A DNA stretch of 64,000 nt from Octopus sinensis (lineage: Eukaryota): the NCBI RefSeq assembly GCF_006345805.1, contig NW_021833885.1:1-64000 (forward strand), in the 5' to 3' direction. Shown here piece by piece: positions 63,896 through 64,000 of this stretch. The translations under genes were made by a program, and so were the position numbers. The stretch's first letter is position 1; each line of letters starts with the position of its first letter. The notes under the pieces are model-generated. The model saw only the letters and a program-made list of their open reading frames with translations. It was not told the origin of the DNA and ran no database searches.

Positions 63896-64000
63896 CATGT
63901 ATGTATGCATGCATAACATTCATATATACATATGTATGTAGATGTGTAGTATTGATCAACAATGTGCGAGAAGTTACCAAACGAAGTAGAGCTTGATATT

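Overview
AT-rich, repeat-dense eukaryotic non-coding DNA, most likely from an octopus. The species call is inferred from recalled cephalopod-type tRNA-SINE families and the very high microsatellite load. I find no intact protein-coding gene: nearly all entries in the ORF track are microsatellite or SINE read-through. Recognisable coding remnants are all decayed transposons: Tx1/L1, CR1 (2), RTE, HERO-like, R4/Dong-like, Chapaev3-like (2) and pogo/Tigger-like. There are also non-autonomous Helitrons, a hAT MITE, several fold-back elements and at least six tRNA-derived SINE types, labelled A-E, K and CORE-like here (my labels, not database names). The most interesting signal is a set of minimal type-I hammerhead-ribozyme motifs carried by at least four different short repeats. 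Two have a canonical core. One of these lies in sense inside a tRNA-headed SINE, and three copies share a variant core. Other notable items are a frame-preserving 30-bp repeat, a fold-back whose arms include complementary microsatellites, and two near-identical local duplications that may be assembly artefacts. Family and clade names come from recalled motifs, not database searches, and ends of old elements are approximate.
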